Shown here piece after piece: positions 13,288 to 25,269 of a stretch of DNA of 64,000 nucleotides. The position numbers were made by a program, and so were the translations under genes. The notes beneath the pieces were generated by a model. That model was not told the DNA's origin, did not search any database, and worked only from the letters and a program-made list of their open reading frames with translations. The DNA is taken from the NCBI GenBank assembly GCA_020891255.1, contig BQFW01000015.1:372001-436000 (forward strand), given 5' to 3'. The stretch is from Entomortierella parvispora E1425 (lineage: Eukaryota; Fungi; Mortierellomycota). How positions within the stretch are numbered: the stretch's first letter is position 1; the number at the start of each line of letters is the position of its first letter.

Positions 13288-16200
13288 ATGTCCATATCTG
13301 CTCGGGATGCCTTAAGACAGGCAAGGACCCACATTGATCTAGCTCGAAAAGCTCGAGGGTCCAGAAAGACGATTATCAAACACTATCACGATGCGAAGAC
13401 TGCCCTTCATAAAATCGACGTTCAAAAAACAAATGATGAGTATTTGGAGATGATCTCTATATTCGAGGAACTTGCAGACGTGCTGGATGGTTCGGGAGAG
13501 AAACTAAAAAAACAGAGTGCCAAGTGCAGAGACAGAGCGAATGGCTTTAAGTAGGTTACTGCTCTTGTTATGTAGAGTCACTGGCGCTTGTCGGTCACTA
13601 ACATATGCTTCTGCTGCAATATACCTTACTAGGCAAACACTTGAGGAGAGAATGAAGGAGGACACAGATGCCACTTCACCATCTACGGTCAGTTCAGGAG
13701 TTTCTCGAGCAGGTTCTCAAGCAGGAATCGCTCATCACAACTCTCCAGCGAACGTATCATTGTCATCCAGCAACACCACTTCAGCTCTGATTTCTATCAA
13801 CACCTCAACCACAACCGCCACAACTACACCCAACGCTACTTCTCTTCAAGTACCGCTTCCTCCCACAACCCAAGCAGGCATCTCTGTCTCTGCGGCCAGT
13901 ACTATGGCAGCACCTTCTCTGTTTTTTAGCAGGAACGTGGAACCTGAACCCTTCGTCTATGTGCTGCCCGGTCCAAACGAGCCTCTCCAAAATACTCGTC
14001 AACTTGCCCACTGCCTTGCGCTGTTACAGCCTTCGACTCCAGAGGACGGCCTCCCTCCAGTAATGCTCAAGTGGCGACGCGATACCCAGGCTAATTTGGA
14101 TGAGAAGAATCGACTGGAGGCGTTGCCTGTTCAAATCATTGAGACATTTGACACGGATGCTAGGAAGGATGCTTCAGCTGTGACCGAGGTTGTCCAATTG
14201 ACCCCGGTGCTCAGCAATGACCATTTTCGGTTTGTGCTCAAGACCCTCACCAAGAGTGTTAACGATTCAGAGATTCTCCCTTTCCACTTGCTGGACGGGC
14301 TGGCTAAAGTGATCCAGGGAGCTTCTCCAGGATCCATCGACTCGGATGACATCGTGACTATTCTCCGGTCCCTGCACAGTCGACTCCAATCCATCCACTC
14401 AGCTAGTCACCACCACAGGCTCCATCTGCTCCTTACAGTTTCGCGAGTGTTGGATGCGATGGCGGATGCCCATACTGAAGATGTTGACCGTATCGACCTC
14501 TATGAGCCGTTGACGGATCTTCTTCGAAAGTCCGGGTCAAAGGTGAACCCATACTTGACCTTCCAGGCCGCATACGCCACACAGGCTCTGTTGAATGTGT
14601 CTGATGATGAGAATTTTTGGCGCACGGTATTCAGACACATATGGCTCGTATTGAAAGACGGCACAGGAATCGTCAAAATCTCTGATCCAACTGAGATAAA
14701 AGACGCGCTCGAGAGTCTAGAGAAAGTTTACAAAGCTGCCAAAGGTGGTGCTCTGTTCCTCATGAAGGCTTTAGAGGCGATCAAGGATCGTGAACCGCCC
14801 ACATTCACAGTCAGGGAGGGCCTCAAGTTCAGGAGAGCCTGGTATCGCGCTATTCGTATGGCTGAATTGTATATTCAGGCTGGTAGACTCGTCTTGTTCA
14901 AGGAACTGGTTACCACCGTGTCGTGTCGAGACCAATTTCTGTTTCAGTGGGGAATATGTCAATTGCTTGGACAGTTTGCTGCTGATACTCGATGGAATTT
15001 GGAGGCACGACGAGAAGCAGTCGCATTTCTTGAAGCACTTTCCAAGGACGACAGTCTTTGGAAACGGCAAAAGGTTGACCAAGTGATTTTTGATGTGCTT
15101 ACCAACTTGACATCCAAGCACGCCCAACATTTTGAAGGTATGCCCATCCCATTTGCTGTCCGTATAAAATGGTTGCCAGGCAGAACGTATCCATGCCAAA
15201 TGTATCCGATCTTAATACTCTTTACTTTTTTAATCTCCAAATAGCAGCCAAGCCCGTGCTAGAGGAGATGAGAAAACAAAAACCCTCCCTAAAACATATC
15301 GCCGACTTACAATCGCCAATTTGGAGCAGTATGAGACCTGCAGATCCAACTAGGCCCACCGCCTCAAATGTCACCTTGCTGAAGGCTGCTCAGGATAAAA
15401 TCACTCGACGCGCGAAGTTGGCGAGTCTACCAGCCCCCTTTCCTAAGCCTAGTCTTGACGACATTCATTCCGCGCTCAACGCCTATCATGCGCCGGACCT
15501 CGTTATTCGCAGAGTCTCTGGAGATGAACTGGATCTGGAAACATGTTTTATCAATCTTGCGATTGTTGAGGCATCGGCACAGCGAGAAAAGGAAAAGGAG
15601 AACCTTAAGGAGCAAGCGACAGCCTTTCATCGTATGAAGAGCTTTGAGAGTGTGAAGAACACCAACAAGGAGTCGTTAATCCCGTTAGATCGACTGTTTG
15701 ACAAGCACAAGTTACGCAATGGAACAGAGAGCACTCCCCGACGAATTCTGGTCCAAGGACGAGCAGGCATTGGCAAAACAACACTATGCAAAAAACTTGT
15801 CCATGCATATCAAAGTGGACTGTGGGAGGATAAGTTCGACTCTGTTCTATGGATTCCATTACGCCGGCTTAGGGGATTCAACGACAGCACTTTAGAGCGT
15901 TTATTTCGCAAGAAGGTTTTCATCACACAGGGTAGCGAGGAACATCAGCAGGCCATGGCTAAAGCTCTTGTAACCTGTGCCGAGAAAGGCAAGGTTCTTT
16001 TCATCCTGGACGGCATGGATGAGATTGTGGCAGATACAGAGGGCGATGACCGCAGTACCTTCAGATTGTTTTTAACGACTCTGCTCAATCAACAACATGT
16101 CATTATCACCTCAAGACCTTCCGGCCTGGACACCAAACTATTACCACAAATTGATCTGGAACTGGAAACGGTGGGATTCAGTCAGCAGAATGTCAACGAC

Positions 16201-18356
16201 TTTCTTGTCAAAGTGCTGGAACCCGATGCAGCGAGAACAGTGCAGGACTTTATTCGTCACACGCCATTGATTCAAGGACTTGTCAACATCCCTGTGCAAC
16301 TTGATGTGATATGCTTCAGCTGGGATTCGCTTCCAACGGACGGCGCGGCCGTCACCATGACAGGATTGTATCAACTGATGGTGCGGAAACTTTGGTGCAA
16401 GGACGCGCTTCGGCTCAAGAAGACTACTGGCGGAAGGCATCTGACGGAACGACAAATCTACGCGCTCGAAAAAAACGAAATTGATGAATTGATGGCTACT
16501 GAGTTGGAACATCTGGGGTATCTTGCATTCAAAGGGATGAACAATAATCATCAAATCGAATTCGAGGAAAAGACCTATTCTGCGCGTTTCGGGATCTGAG
16601 GGGCGCAACAGCAATTGACCAGAAGCTTTTGGCCCCTCAACTTGTGGATATCATGAAGCAAACATCTTTTTTGCACACAGCTGATACAAGTCTGGATTCG
16701 AGTAACTGTGCTTCCCGACCCCAAGCCTGGCATTTTCTGCATCTTACATTTCAGGAATACTTTGCAGCAACGTGGATAGTCCGCCATTTTCATCGTCAGC
16801 GACAGCCGTACCCCTCAGCAGGAATGATGACCATGGAAAAGATGGCCTCATTTCTTCAACAACACAAATGCAACCCTCAATTTGAGATTGTATGGTCAAT
16901 GGTGGCAGGATTGCTGGAAGGAGAACTGCTGAGCGACTTTTTTGAACTTTTGCAGGGGTCGCCGCGCGATTTGATCGGAGGTCGCCATCAGCTCATACTA
17001 GCATCCTGTCTGAATGAGGCTCGGGCTCGACTGAACTCTACTGTCGTGGCGGCATTGGATACTGAGCTTGCGAGTTGGATGCACTTTGAGATGGAGACGT
17101 GTCAACATAGTAACGTTAGTACCAGTATTCTAGGCAGTCAACTATCGTTCCCAGAGGCCCCTCTGGTTAAGGCATTGAATTCAGAATGCTCGTGGAGATC
17201 GACCCTCGCCAATACTTTGCGAGCTCGCTCTGTGTTGTCAGATTCAGCCATCCAGTGCCTCATTGTATTGCTTAAAGACGACGACGAAAGGGTCAGACTC
17301 TCAGCGGCAACGGCATTAAGTGAACAGCCCACATTGTCGGAATCAGTCACCCATTATCTCATTTCTGAAGCCGCAAACGATGATAAGCGGTTCCCATGGT
17401 CCTCTGCAGCTATGGCATTAGGCAGAGAGACCTGTTCAAGTTTTATTTTTGATCAACTTATGGATGACATAACCATCGATAATGCATGGATGTTCGAGTT
17501 AGAAGTGATGTACGTACTCTGTGAGGTGTATTCGAAACAAACTATTCAGTACCTCACAGCACAGCTCACCTCCGACGATAAGACAGAGAGATCCTCGGCA
17601 GCTTCAAGATTGGGCTTGCATATCACTTTGCCGAGATATTCTGTCCAGTCTTTGATTACTGCACTCCAAGACGATTATGAGGAAGTTAGGGGCTTGGCGG
17701 CTTTATCATTGGGCCGTCAGTCTACTTTATCAGAATCAGCCGTCCAGTCCCTCATAGCAGAACTCAAGCATGGCTATACGGAAATCAAGCCGAGAGTAGC
17801 ATTGATTTTGAAAAGCCATCCTTCAAAGTTGGGAGCCCACATCCCACATCTCCTCGTTGCACTCAAGGACGATGACTGGGAACTCAGGTCTTCTGTTGCA
17901 TCTGCGTTAGGCGGCCTGTCTGAGTTGTCGGAAACAGCCCTCGAGTCCCTTGTTGCTGCACTCAAGGATGAAGTTGCTAGAGTCAGGAAGTCGGTAGCAT
18001 CGGCATTAGGCCAACAGCCCAGGTTGCCGGTGTGGGTAATCCAGGCCCTCATCCCTGCACTCAAAGACGAGGATGAAAGTGTCCGAGATGCTGTTAGAGA
18101 CGCTCTTCAGCGTCACTGCATTCCGCTAGGCAATTCGCTCCCATACTTGACGAAGGACGAGATATCGTGTTTTTACGAGCATCATCTATTTATCTATAGT
18201 TGCAGCCATGTCCTCACGTTGCAAGAACAAGGCGACAACTTGTGCGTCTACACGGAGCAAGGCGCGACGCAGTTGGGACCTATTACCAACGATCAAAAGG
18301 AAATTATAGTTTCTGCTTTTAGGACCGTTCAACGCAAAGCAGGAATAAAAACATGA
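13288..18356 (+). CDS. NLR-like protein: N-terminal helical/Arm-like region, NACHT NTPase, HEAT repeats; carries a 1-nt frameshift at ~16568-16571
   Basis: Walker A RILVQGRAGIGKTTLCKK, Walker B VLFILDGMDE, VIITSRP, WHFLHLTFQEYFAA, and C-terminal repeats such as ALKDDDWELRSSVASAL and ALKDEDESVRDAVRDAL. Introns ~13551-13633 and ~15139-15244. Confidence 0.88.
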
Positions 18357-18741
18357 AGATCGCGCAACCTCTTGCAGCTGACCACCCTTGGATCAAACAA
18401 ACAAAAAAAAATGGCCCGAACCATGTGGCAGAATGCACGCCACCAACCCACCGCCACCAAAAATCAACAGGCACCACAACCTCCCCTGTGTTGAACAAAA
18501 AGGACTTGATCTGGAGTTGTTCGGAGGGCAACTTTTCACTCTACGACAAACTGTCATTGCGAATTGGTTACTACGATCTCGGGATCATGTTTAAAAATGG
18601 TTTATTCTAGACTACAGTGCGAGGCATGAAATGGATGAATGAAGCAAAATAAGAAGGGAAAAGGAATAAAAGTAAAGGGGAAAAAAAAACAAACTGGAGA
18701 AGAGCTTTTCTTTTGGCCCTGTAAAAAGAGTTATCTCCCGT

Positions 18742-19452
18742 TTACTTCTTCTTGGAGGTCTTCTTGGCAATGGTCTCATCGCCAACAAAGATACCCTTCT
18801 GGTTATAGGGCTCTGGGGGTCTCCATTTCCGGATCTTGAAGGCAAACTCCTTGACCTTTTGGATATCATTTCCCTGAAGCATGATCTTGTTGGGCAGAGG
18901 GGCCGTACATTGGATACCTTCTGGGATCTCAACCTCGACCTGATGAGAGTAACCCAACTTCATGGACAACATCTTCTTGGAGGGGTTGCCGGTCAAGGGT
19001 TCCACCGTAGCACGGTAACCGACACCGACCAGACGGACAGGGACGGTGTAGCCCTCCGTAACACCGGTGATGGCGTTGGCAATCAAAGCCCGGGTGGTAC
19101 CCCACATGGATCGCTGTTCCTTGAGGGTCGAGTCCTGAACGGTGACAGAGAGGAGAGAGTCGCCTTGTTCCTTCTCAAACTTGAGGTTGACGAAGGGTTT
19201 GATAGGCAAGGTGTGCTCGCCCAAAGGTCCCTTGATTTTGAGGGTGGTCGAGTGCAAGTCGGCAGCCACTCTGGGGGTCATGATCGGGGTGGGGTCATGG
19301 GTAATGACCACGTCTGAGCCGTAGGGAAGAGACTGCTTGCCAATGTGGGAGAGGATGGCAGGGGTGGAGGAGAAGGTGCGACGGGCCGAGAGGGAGAAGG
19401 CAGGGGTGGCGTGCAAGCACATGCCCATTCGCCTGGGAAGGATGCCGGCCAT
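18742..19452 (-). CDS. MRPL6: Mitochondrial ribosomal protein L6 (uL6m)
   Basis: Presequence MAGILPRRMGM...RRTFSSTPAILSHIGK, KGPLG, WGTTRALIANAITGVTEGY..LVGVGYRA, KIRKWRPPEPYNQKGIF. Intronless. Confidence 0.95.
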   Translation of the reverse strand: MAGILPRRMGMCLHATPAFSLSARRTFSSTPAILSHIGKQSLPYGSDVVITHDPTPIMTPRVAADLHSTTLKIKGPLGEHTLPIKPFVNLKFEKEQGDSLLSVTVQDSTLKEQRSMWGTTRALIANAITGVTEGYTVPVRLVGVGYRATVEPLTGNPSKKMLSMKLGYSHQVEVEIPEGIQCTAPLPNKIMLQGNDIQKVKEFAFKIRKWRPPEPYNQKGIFVGDETIAKKTSKKK

Positions 19453-20204
19453 GGCTTTATGTGAATATGAACGGAGGAAAGGAGAGGGAGGAGACAAAGA
19501 AGAAGAAGCGGATGTCAAAGGTTGCTTGAATGTAGACAATGTGAGGTCCGAGGGAACTGATCCGCTGTGTTGCCTTTCGGCCCTTTCGGGCGCGGTTATT
19601 GCGTCACCGAATTATCTGGCCGACTCAGTTAGCGTGGATTTAACGATTCGTTATTTCCACGCACACGCGCCCCGCGCACGCGCAGCAGCGCTCTTTCACA
19701 TTTGCCACCTGACTGACTGTAGAGGTGGATGCGGCTCTGGCAAGATCCCATCTTGTGTCACCCATCAGCCTGGCTCAGTGATTCGCTATTTGCGAGAGGT
19801 TCGCGCAGATGCTTCTACGGGCCTCTGAAAGTACTGAGTGCGTTGGCGCGCCGAAGCAAAGTGACCTCGGCCTAACTTGGAGTACCTCTGTATTTCATGT
19901 TACAGTTACGGTGCAAATGTTCGTCTTGTGATAACCGCCCTCCCTTATTCATGCATTAGATTATTTACCTTGCCGTTCCTGAGTTACGTTATACTTCCAT
20001 CTGCTCTTGGCTCTTGGCTCTTGTCTCTTGCCTCTATCCGTTCTCTCCATTGGGTTTTGCGCTTGTGTTTGTTCACTTCTAGTCCCCCCTCCCCTCCCCC
20101 CCTCTCTCTCTCTTGGGAAACATAGTCTAAAAATTCTCAATGAAATGAAAACTGTATCGGAAGGTGTAACTAACTCTGAATACTTGACATCGACGAAGCC
20201 ACAG

Positions 20205-20611
20205 TCATTACGAAGTGCGATTGGAGTAAATGTGAGCATCTCAGCGACTTCTCTTGTTGCTGTCCTCGACCCGGGAAGCAGGTAGAATATCTGGAAAAAG
20301 CCTCTGTCGTTGGATTGTGCTTCAAGACCGACAGCAATGGTCATGAAACTTCCTTGACTGATCAATGCTGCGGTGCATTTGAGGGGACCTTAAATCACGG
20401 GGCCTGCATTATCGCCAGCAACAGTAAATCGAGCGGCAGAGGACGCGATAGTAGTCCTATTATCTCTGCAGGTGAATTCAAAAGGAAGTGTAGCGCGCTC
20501 TCAGGATGCTGGGAACTTGAATACTACTATCCCGACCAGTCAAGTTCCGACTGCGTTGTTCGTAGCTGTCGAAGAGCACCAAAGAAATCAGCCCTGAAGG
20601 ATTGCTATTAA
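20205..20611 (+). pseudogene. 5'-truncated (or cryptically spliced) paralog of the Cys-rich secreted protein at 22273
   Basis: Open frame KCDWSKCEHLSDFSCCCP...VGLCFKTDSNGHETSLTDQCCGAFEGTLNHGAC...RAPKKSALKDCY* is collinear with 22273-22779. In-frame TGA at 20177-20179 and no signal-peptide exon found. Confidence 0.65.
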
Positions 20612-20848
20612 TCCGCTATTGCTATGTAATTAGAAATCGTGGATGATTATCTACACGAGAAAAGAGAAGGAGGGAGGAAAAAACGATTAAATATTTTTGA
20701 GAATCTTAGATCATCCCTTGATCGTCCTGGCGGCCTTGTTCCTTGCTCTGCACATACTGTGAGTCTGTGGTCTACTCTCTCTTGATGAGTCCCACTGGGT
20801 CTTTATTTAGTGCAGCATTTGCGATAGCAGATGAATACAGTGTGTGTC

Positions 20849-21237
20849 TCAATTGGGCATCAGAAGAGTGGCATCGAAAGGACCCGCATGGTTCTTGGAC
20901 CGCTCAATGGCTTCCTCAACCTGATTCAGCTTGAATATCGTATGTTGGATAAAAGTTGGATCGAGTAATCCTGTCTCCAGCATGCCAATGAGGTTCACAT
21001 TCGCCTCTCGTGCAAACATGTGAGAGCCCTTGACCGTCAAATTGTTTCTCATGATGACCTGGTATGACAACTCGACATTGCTCTGGATGCCACCCATCAA
21101 CACTGCGGTGCCGCCAGATCGAAGAGCACTGATGGCCGGGCATGATTCGAGGGAGTCATCGATCTAGAACCCTCCCTGACTGCCTTCCTGAAATTGGCCG
21201 TGTCTTGACCCTCATCCCCCGTGGCAACCAAGGGGAG
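20849..21237 (-). pseudogene. 3' fragment of the MDR dehydrogenase gene at 23021-24239
   Basis: GGIQSNVELSYQVIMRNNLTVKGSHMFAREANVNLIGMLETGLLDP...NHAGPFDATLLMPN* matches the full copy. Internal deletion/frameshift near 21135-21160 and no 5' half. Confidence 0.85.
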
Positions 21238-21603
21238 AGCCATCACCCAGTCTGCTCGTTTGCATCAGGTGCTCTGAGAGACACCTCCAAGAACTGAGAT
21301 TGAGGAAACTCAAGGGTTAGAGGAGGGAGCTCGACTTGGGATCTTTTCTTTACAAACTGGGTTCCTTTTCCTTTCACAGAGCCTTTCCGTTCTGCAGGAC
21401 TCACCCCTTGCGATATGAATCCGGGATGTAAGTCCTGCTCGTCTTCAACTAAAAATCGGAAAAGGTGGTTGACCGCCGCGTTCTGGCACCGATTGTAGGA
21501 AGTGCTGTAGTCATACTCATCTCATGTTCCCTACTATATGAATATGACAGTAAGAGGGTCGAAGGATCACCAAGAAATGTTGCCATGAATCCTTAATCCC
21601 TTT

Positions 21604-21835
21604 ATCATTTTCTATGCCAATCTTTTTTTTTTTGCCCCCTCTTGACTCTTCTGGTGTCCAACCCCTTGATCATCTTCTATGCCAATCTTTTTTTTTTTTT
21701 TTTTTTTTTTTTTGCCCCCTCTTGAGTCTTTTGGTGTCCAACCCTTGATCATTTTCTACGCCAATGCCCCCCCTTTTTTTTGCCTCCTCTTGAGTCTTCT
21801 GGTGCCCATTTTATTTTGTAAGCCCTTGATCATCT
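21604..21835. repeat. Minisatellite, about 3.5 copies of a ~65 bp unit with a variable poly-T tract
   Basis: Unit ATCATTTTCTATGCCAATC(T)nGCCCCCTCTTGA(C/G)TCTTCTGGTGTCCAACCCCTTG starts near 21604, 21669 and 21748, with a partial copy near 21823. Confidence 0.85.
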
Positions 21836-22272
21836 GTGCATCCCCTTGGGCTTTCTGGGCTCTATCTCCCGTCTTTTTTCTTTCATCTTCTCAATTGCTT
21901 ACTGTGGGAGCCCCTCCTGTTTGCTTTCTCTCCGCGAAATAGTGCTGCGTTAATGAGTACAGTACCAACTTCCTCTCTGCCCTGCAATTATAAAAGACAC
22001 ACATCTTATCCTCAATGGCACTCACTTCCAACGACAACTACAAGAACCATCGCAAGCACCGTCGCAAGAACGCTCATAAGAACACCCTCTCTCTCTAGAG
22101 CCATCATTAACCGCTAGAAACCCTTTTCATGGACCTTTGCAACAAAATCTGCTCCTTCGCCATCTTTTACTCTCGTAAGGCTACGTAAGAAACTTTGTAA
22201 TTGGTCTTTAAGTCTTACATGATTATTCATCAACTCCCCTCTGTGATAGTGAGTACGTAGTGCGAGCCGATC

Positions 22273-22779
22273 ATGAAGTTTATCGCTTTACTCCTCACCC
22301 TCTTTGTCGCTAAGCAGGCAATGGCAGGATGTGCCGCAGGCACTAAAGAGGTCTTTCTGCTACAGTGCGATTGGAGTAAATGTGAGCATCTTAGCCAGTT
22401 CTCTTGTTGCTGCCCCACCAAGACAGAACCAAAACAGCAAACCTTCGCCCGTCCCGTTGGATTGTGCTTTAAGCTCGACAGCAATGGTCAGGAAACTTCC
22501 TTGACTAACCAATGCTGCGGTGCATTTGAGGGCACCTTAAATAATGGAGCATGCACTATCGCCAGTAAGATTGCATGGCCTAACAAAAAACCGATGACAG
22601 GACGAGGAAACCTTAAAGATGCTATTTTATCAAGAAGTGAATTCAAAAAGAAGTGTAAAGGACTCTCAGGATGCTTCGAAATTGAGCAATACTATCCCGA
22701 CAGCCCAAGTAGCAATTGTGTTTCTCGTAGCTGTCCAAGAGCACCAAAGAAATCAGCCCTGAAGGATTGCATTTTTTGA
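22273..22779 (+). CDS. Small secreted cysteine-rich protein (168 aa, 15 Cys), unknown family
   Basis: ATG start, signal peptide MKFIALLLTLFVAKQAMA|G, CCC and CC motifs, intronless. Coding conservation with the paralog at 20205. Confidence 0.85.
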   Translation: MKFIALLLTLFVAKQAMAGCAAGTKEVFLLQCDWSKCEHLSQFSCCCPTKTEPKQQTFARPVGLCFKLDSNGQETSLTNQCCGAFEGTLNNGACTIASKIAWPNKKPMTGRGNLKDAILSRSEFKKKCKGLSGCFEIEQYYPDSPSSNCVSRSCPRAPKKSALKDCIF

Positions 22780-23020
22780 TCCGCTGTTGTTGTGTAATTT
22801 GCTATCACGGATGATTTATCTACACGAGAGAAGAGAGAATAGAGAAGAGACAACGATAAAATATCTTTGATATCATCCTATCATCCCTTGATCGCTTCGG
22901 AAACCTCTCCCCATGCGCTGCACAGCTGCGGATCTGTGGTCTATGGTCCCCTGATGAATCGCACAGTGCTTTTATTTAGCTCTCCATTTGCTGATGGCAG
23001 ATGAACACACTCTCTGTGTC

Positions 23021-24239
23021 TCAATTGGGCGTCAGAAGAGTGGCGTCGAAAGGTCCCGCATGGTTCTTGGACCACTCAATGGCTTCCTCAACTTGATCCA
23101 GCTTGAATGTCGTATGTTGGATCATAGTAGGGTCGAGTAATCCTGCCTCTAGCATGCCAATGAGGTTCACATTTGCCTCTCGTGTAAACATATAGGAGCC
23201 CTTGATTGTCAAATTGTTTCTCATGATGACCCGGTAAGGCAACTCGACATTGCCCTGAACGCCACCCGTCAACACTGCGGTGCCACCGGATCGAAGGGCA
23301 CTGATGGCCGCACGGGCTGTCGAAAATGGAGCTGTGGGGGGCAAGATGTCAAAGGTAACATCGATCTGGAACCCCTTCCCGGCAGCCTCCCTGAAATTGG
23401 CCGTGTCTTGATCCTCGTCCCCCGTGGCAACCAAGGGGAAGACACGTGGACCAAACTTGGCGGCAAAGCACTCCAAGACTGCCGCATTGCGACCTGATGC
23501 AATGACGCGGCGAGCTCCCATGGCGAGAGCGACAGCCACAGCAGAGGCACCAAAAGGGCCAGTGGCGCCTGTGATGGCAATGGTCTGACCGGCTTTAAGA
23601 TCAGCTGAGAGAAAACCTCCATAGGCGACTGCATAGTTGCCAATGCATGTTAGATGCGCAGTGCTATACTTTTCCTGGAGAGTGGGAGGTACTGCGTACT
23701 TTTTTTTTTTTTTTTTTTTTTTTTTGGTTAATGGGTCCGAAGTGAAGTTAGTAGACGTCTCTGGCTTCGATATCCGTCTTCATCAATTGTTGATCGGAAC
23801 CCACCAAGTTCTCGACAGGGATGATCGTTTTTTCAGCCCAAGTACCGTGATGCCAGACCTCTTGGAGTCTCTGAGATCCAGGACCACCGGCAATGAGGCC
23901 AAGAAGCATAATGTCGGGCGAGATGGCGTTGTCGCGAGCGCGAACAGTTGGATCAATCACCACCAGTTGACCGGTTTGTAGTGTTGTGTTCCCAGGACCA
24001 ATGGATCGAATGATGCCCATGCCACCTACCCCAGGGACGAAAGGGAGGAGGTTCGGGTAAGGACGAGTGCCATCAAAAAGCTCATGTGCGTAGGTGAGAA
24101 CACGCGCTGCTAAGATCTCGACCACCGCTTCTCCCGAGGTGGGTTCACGAAGGGGAAGCTCGGAGATTGTCAAGAAAGGAGCGACAGGCTTGGGTCCATG
24201 GAAGACAGCGGCTTTGGTGGTATAGGTTGGGGAAGCCAT
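23021..24239 (-). CDS. Medium-chain dehydrogenase/reductase (GroES-like + Rossmann; alcohol dehydrogenase-like), one intron ~23700-23804
   Basis: KAAVFHG...EAVVEILAARVLTY..FVPGVGGMG..VIDPTVRARD..GTWAEK; Rossmann GQTIAITGATGPFGASAVAVALAMGARRVIASGRN; GGTAVLTGG..IKGSYMF. The exact acceptor site is uncertain. Confidence 0.88.
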
Positions 24240-25269
24240 GTCTGATTCGTATCAGCGAAAGGGAAGAGGCGAGGAAGTTGTGGAGAAAAAGAAGCGATGG
24301 AACTTTTTAAACATTTTTTTTGTTTTGCCTTATCGAGTTTTGTCTGTCCATCCCCAATTTTCGGTCCTCCGAGGGCTACGATATGTCCAATCGGCTTCAA
24401 CGGGCCCGCGGCAATGTTGTCTGTGTGCAGGATAAAGACAATGGGTGCTGGCTATCAAGTCCAACAAACAGGCGCAGCACATTTTGCATGTATCGTTAAG
24501 GATCGGCGTTCTTCTGTTCCAGACTTCTTTTGTGGTCCAGACGCTGAGGTATCTGTGACAAGGTCGATTCAATAGATAGTGCTCCACGACCATGTGAGGT
24601 TTCGGCATTTTCATAAGCGGCTGCGCTGTTGAAAGGTGAAGAATAGGTGATCTCGAAGGTGGTCAGGCAGGCGCGGGCTTGAACACTATGGGCGCAGCAC
24701 AGGGATCCGCTTTGAATCCATGTCTATCCATATTGAGAATTGGAGCATTGCCCTTGCTCGCTCTACTACCGTTGCAGCTATTGTTGTTAGTGGTGTTGTA
24801 CTGTCGATGTCGTTAGCGCCGTCGCTTTTGTTATATTTGGTGGTGCTGGTTGTGGTACAATGCTTTTCGGGAGAATGGATTACCCTTGACTTGATCTGCA
24901 CTGGTGACAAGTTGCGATGGGCTCTGCTGGTGGGTCTGCCGCGACTGTGGCTGAAAGACGCGTCTCTCTTGGCGGTGGGACAGTGCAGCAGCAGGTTTGG
25001 GGATGAGGAAATGATGTAGAATTGTTTTCCTGATGCTCCTGTCCGCGATTAGCGTATTGGTAGAGACGAGATCAGGACTTTGAGGGTATTGTTGCTCATT
25101 GGAAAAAAACACGCCTCTCTCTCTCAGAAAACTCCAGCCCTTCCTTGTACCACTCAGAAAATGAACCAGAGAGAGTCGGCCTTGTGGGCTGTCAGTTGTT
25201 TTTTTTTTTTTTTTCTTTTTGTTTTTTGCTCAACTACTTCATTGTTGATTGCGACACGGACCTTGGCGG

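Noticed and set aside
19560-19870. GC-rich segment checked for tRNA or other ncRNA
   Set aside because: No cloverleaf or A/B-box pattern was visible; it is most likely the MRPL6 promoter region.
21604-21835. Repeat array considered as CRISPR-like
   Set aside because: Eukaryotic context and no unique spacers; only the poly-T length varies, so it is a minisatellite.
22765-22779. C-terminal DCIF of the Cys-rich protein as a CaaX prenylation motif
   Set aside because: The Cys is third from the end, not fourth, the paralog ends DCY, and the protein has a signal peptide.
24380-24620. QDKDNGCWL.../HFACIVK fragments resembling a His-Me finger endonuclease
   Set aside because: The pieces lie in different frames and the diagnostic HLC..xxC motif is absent.
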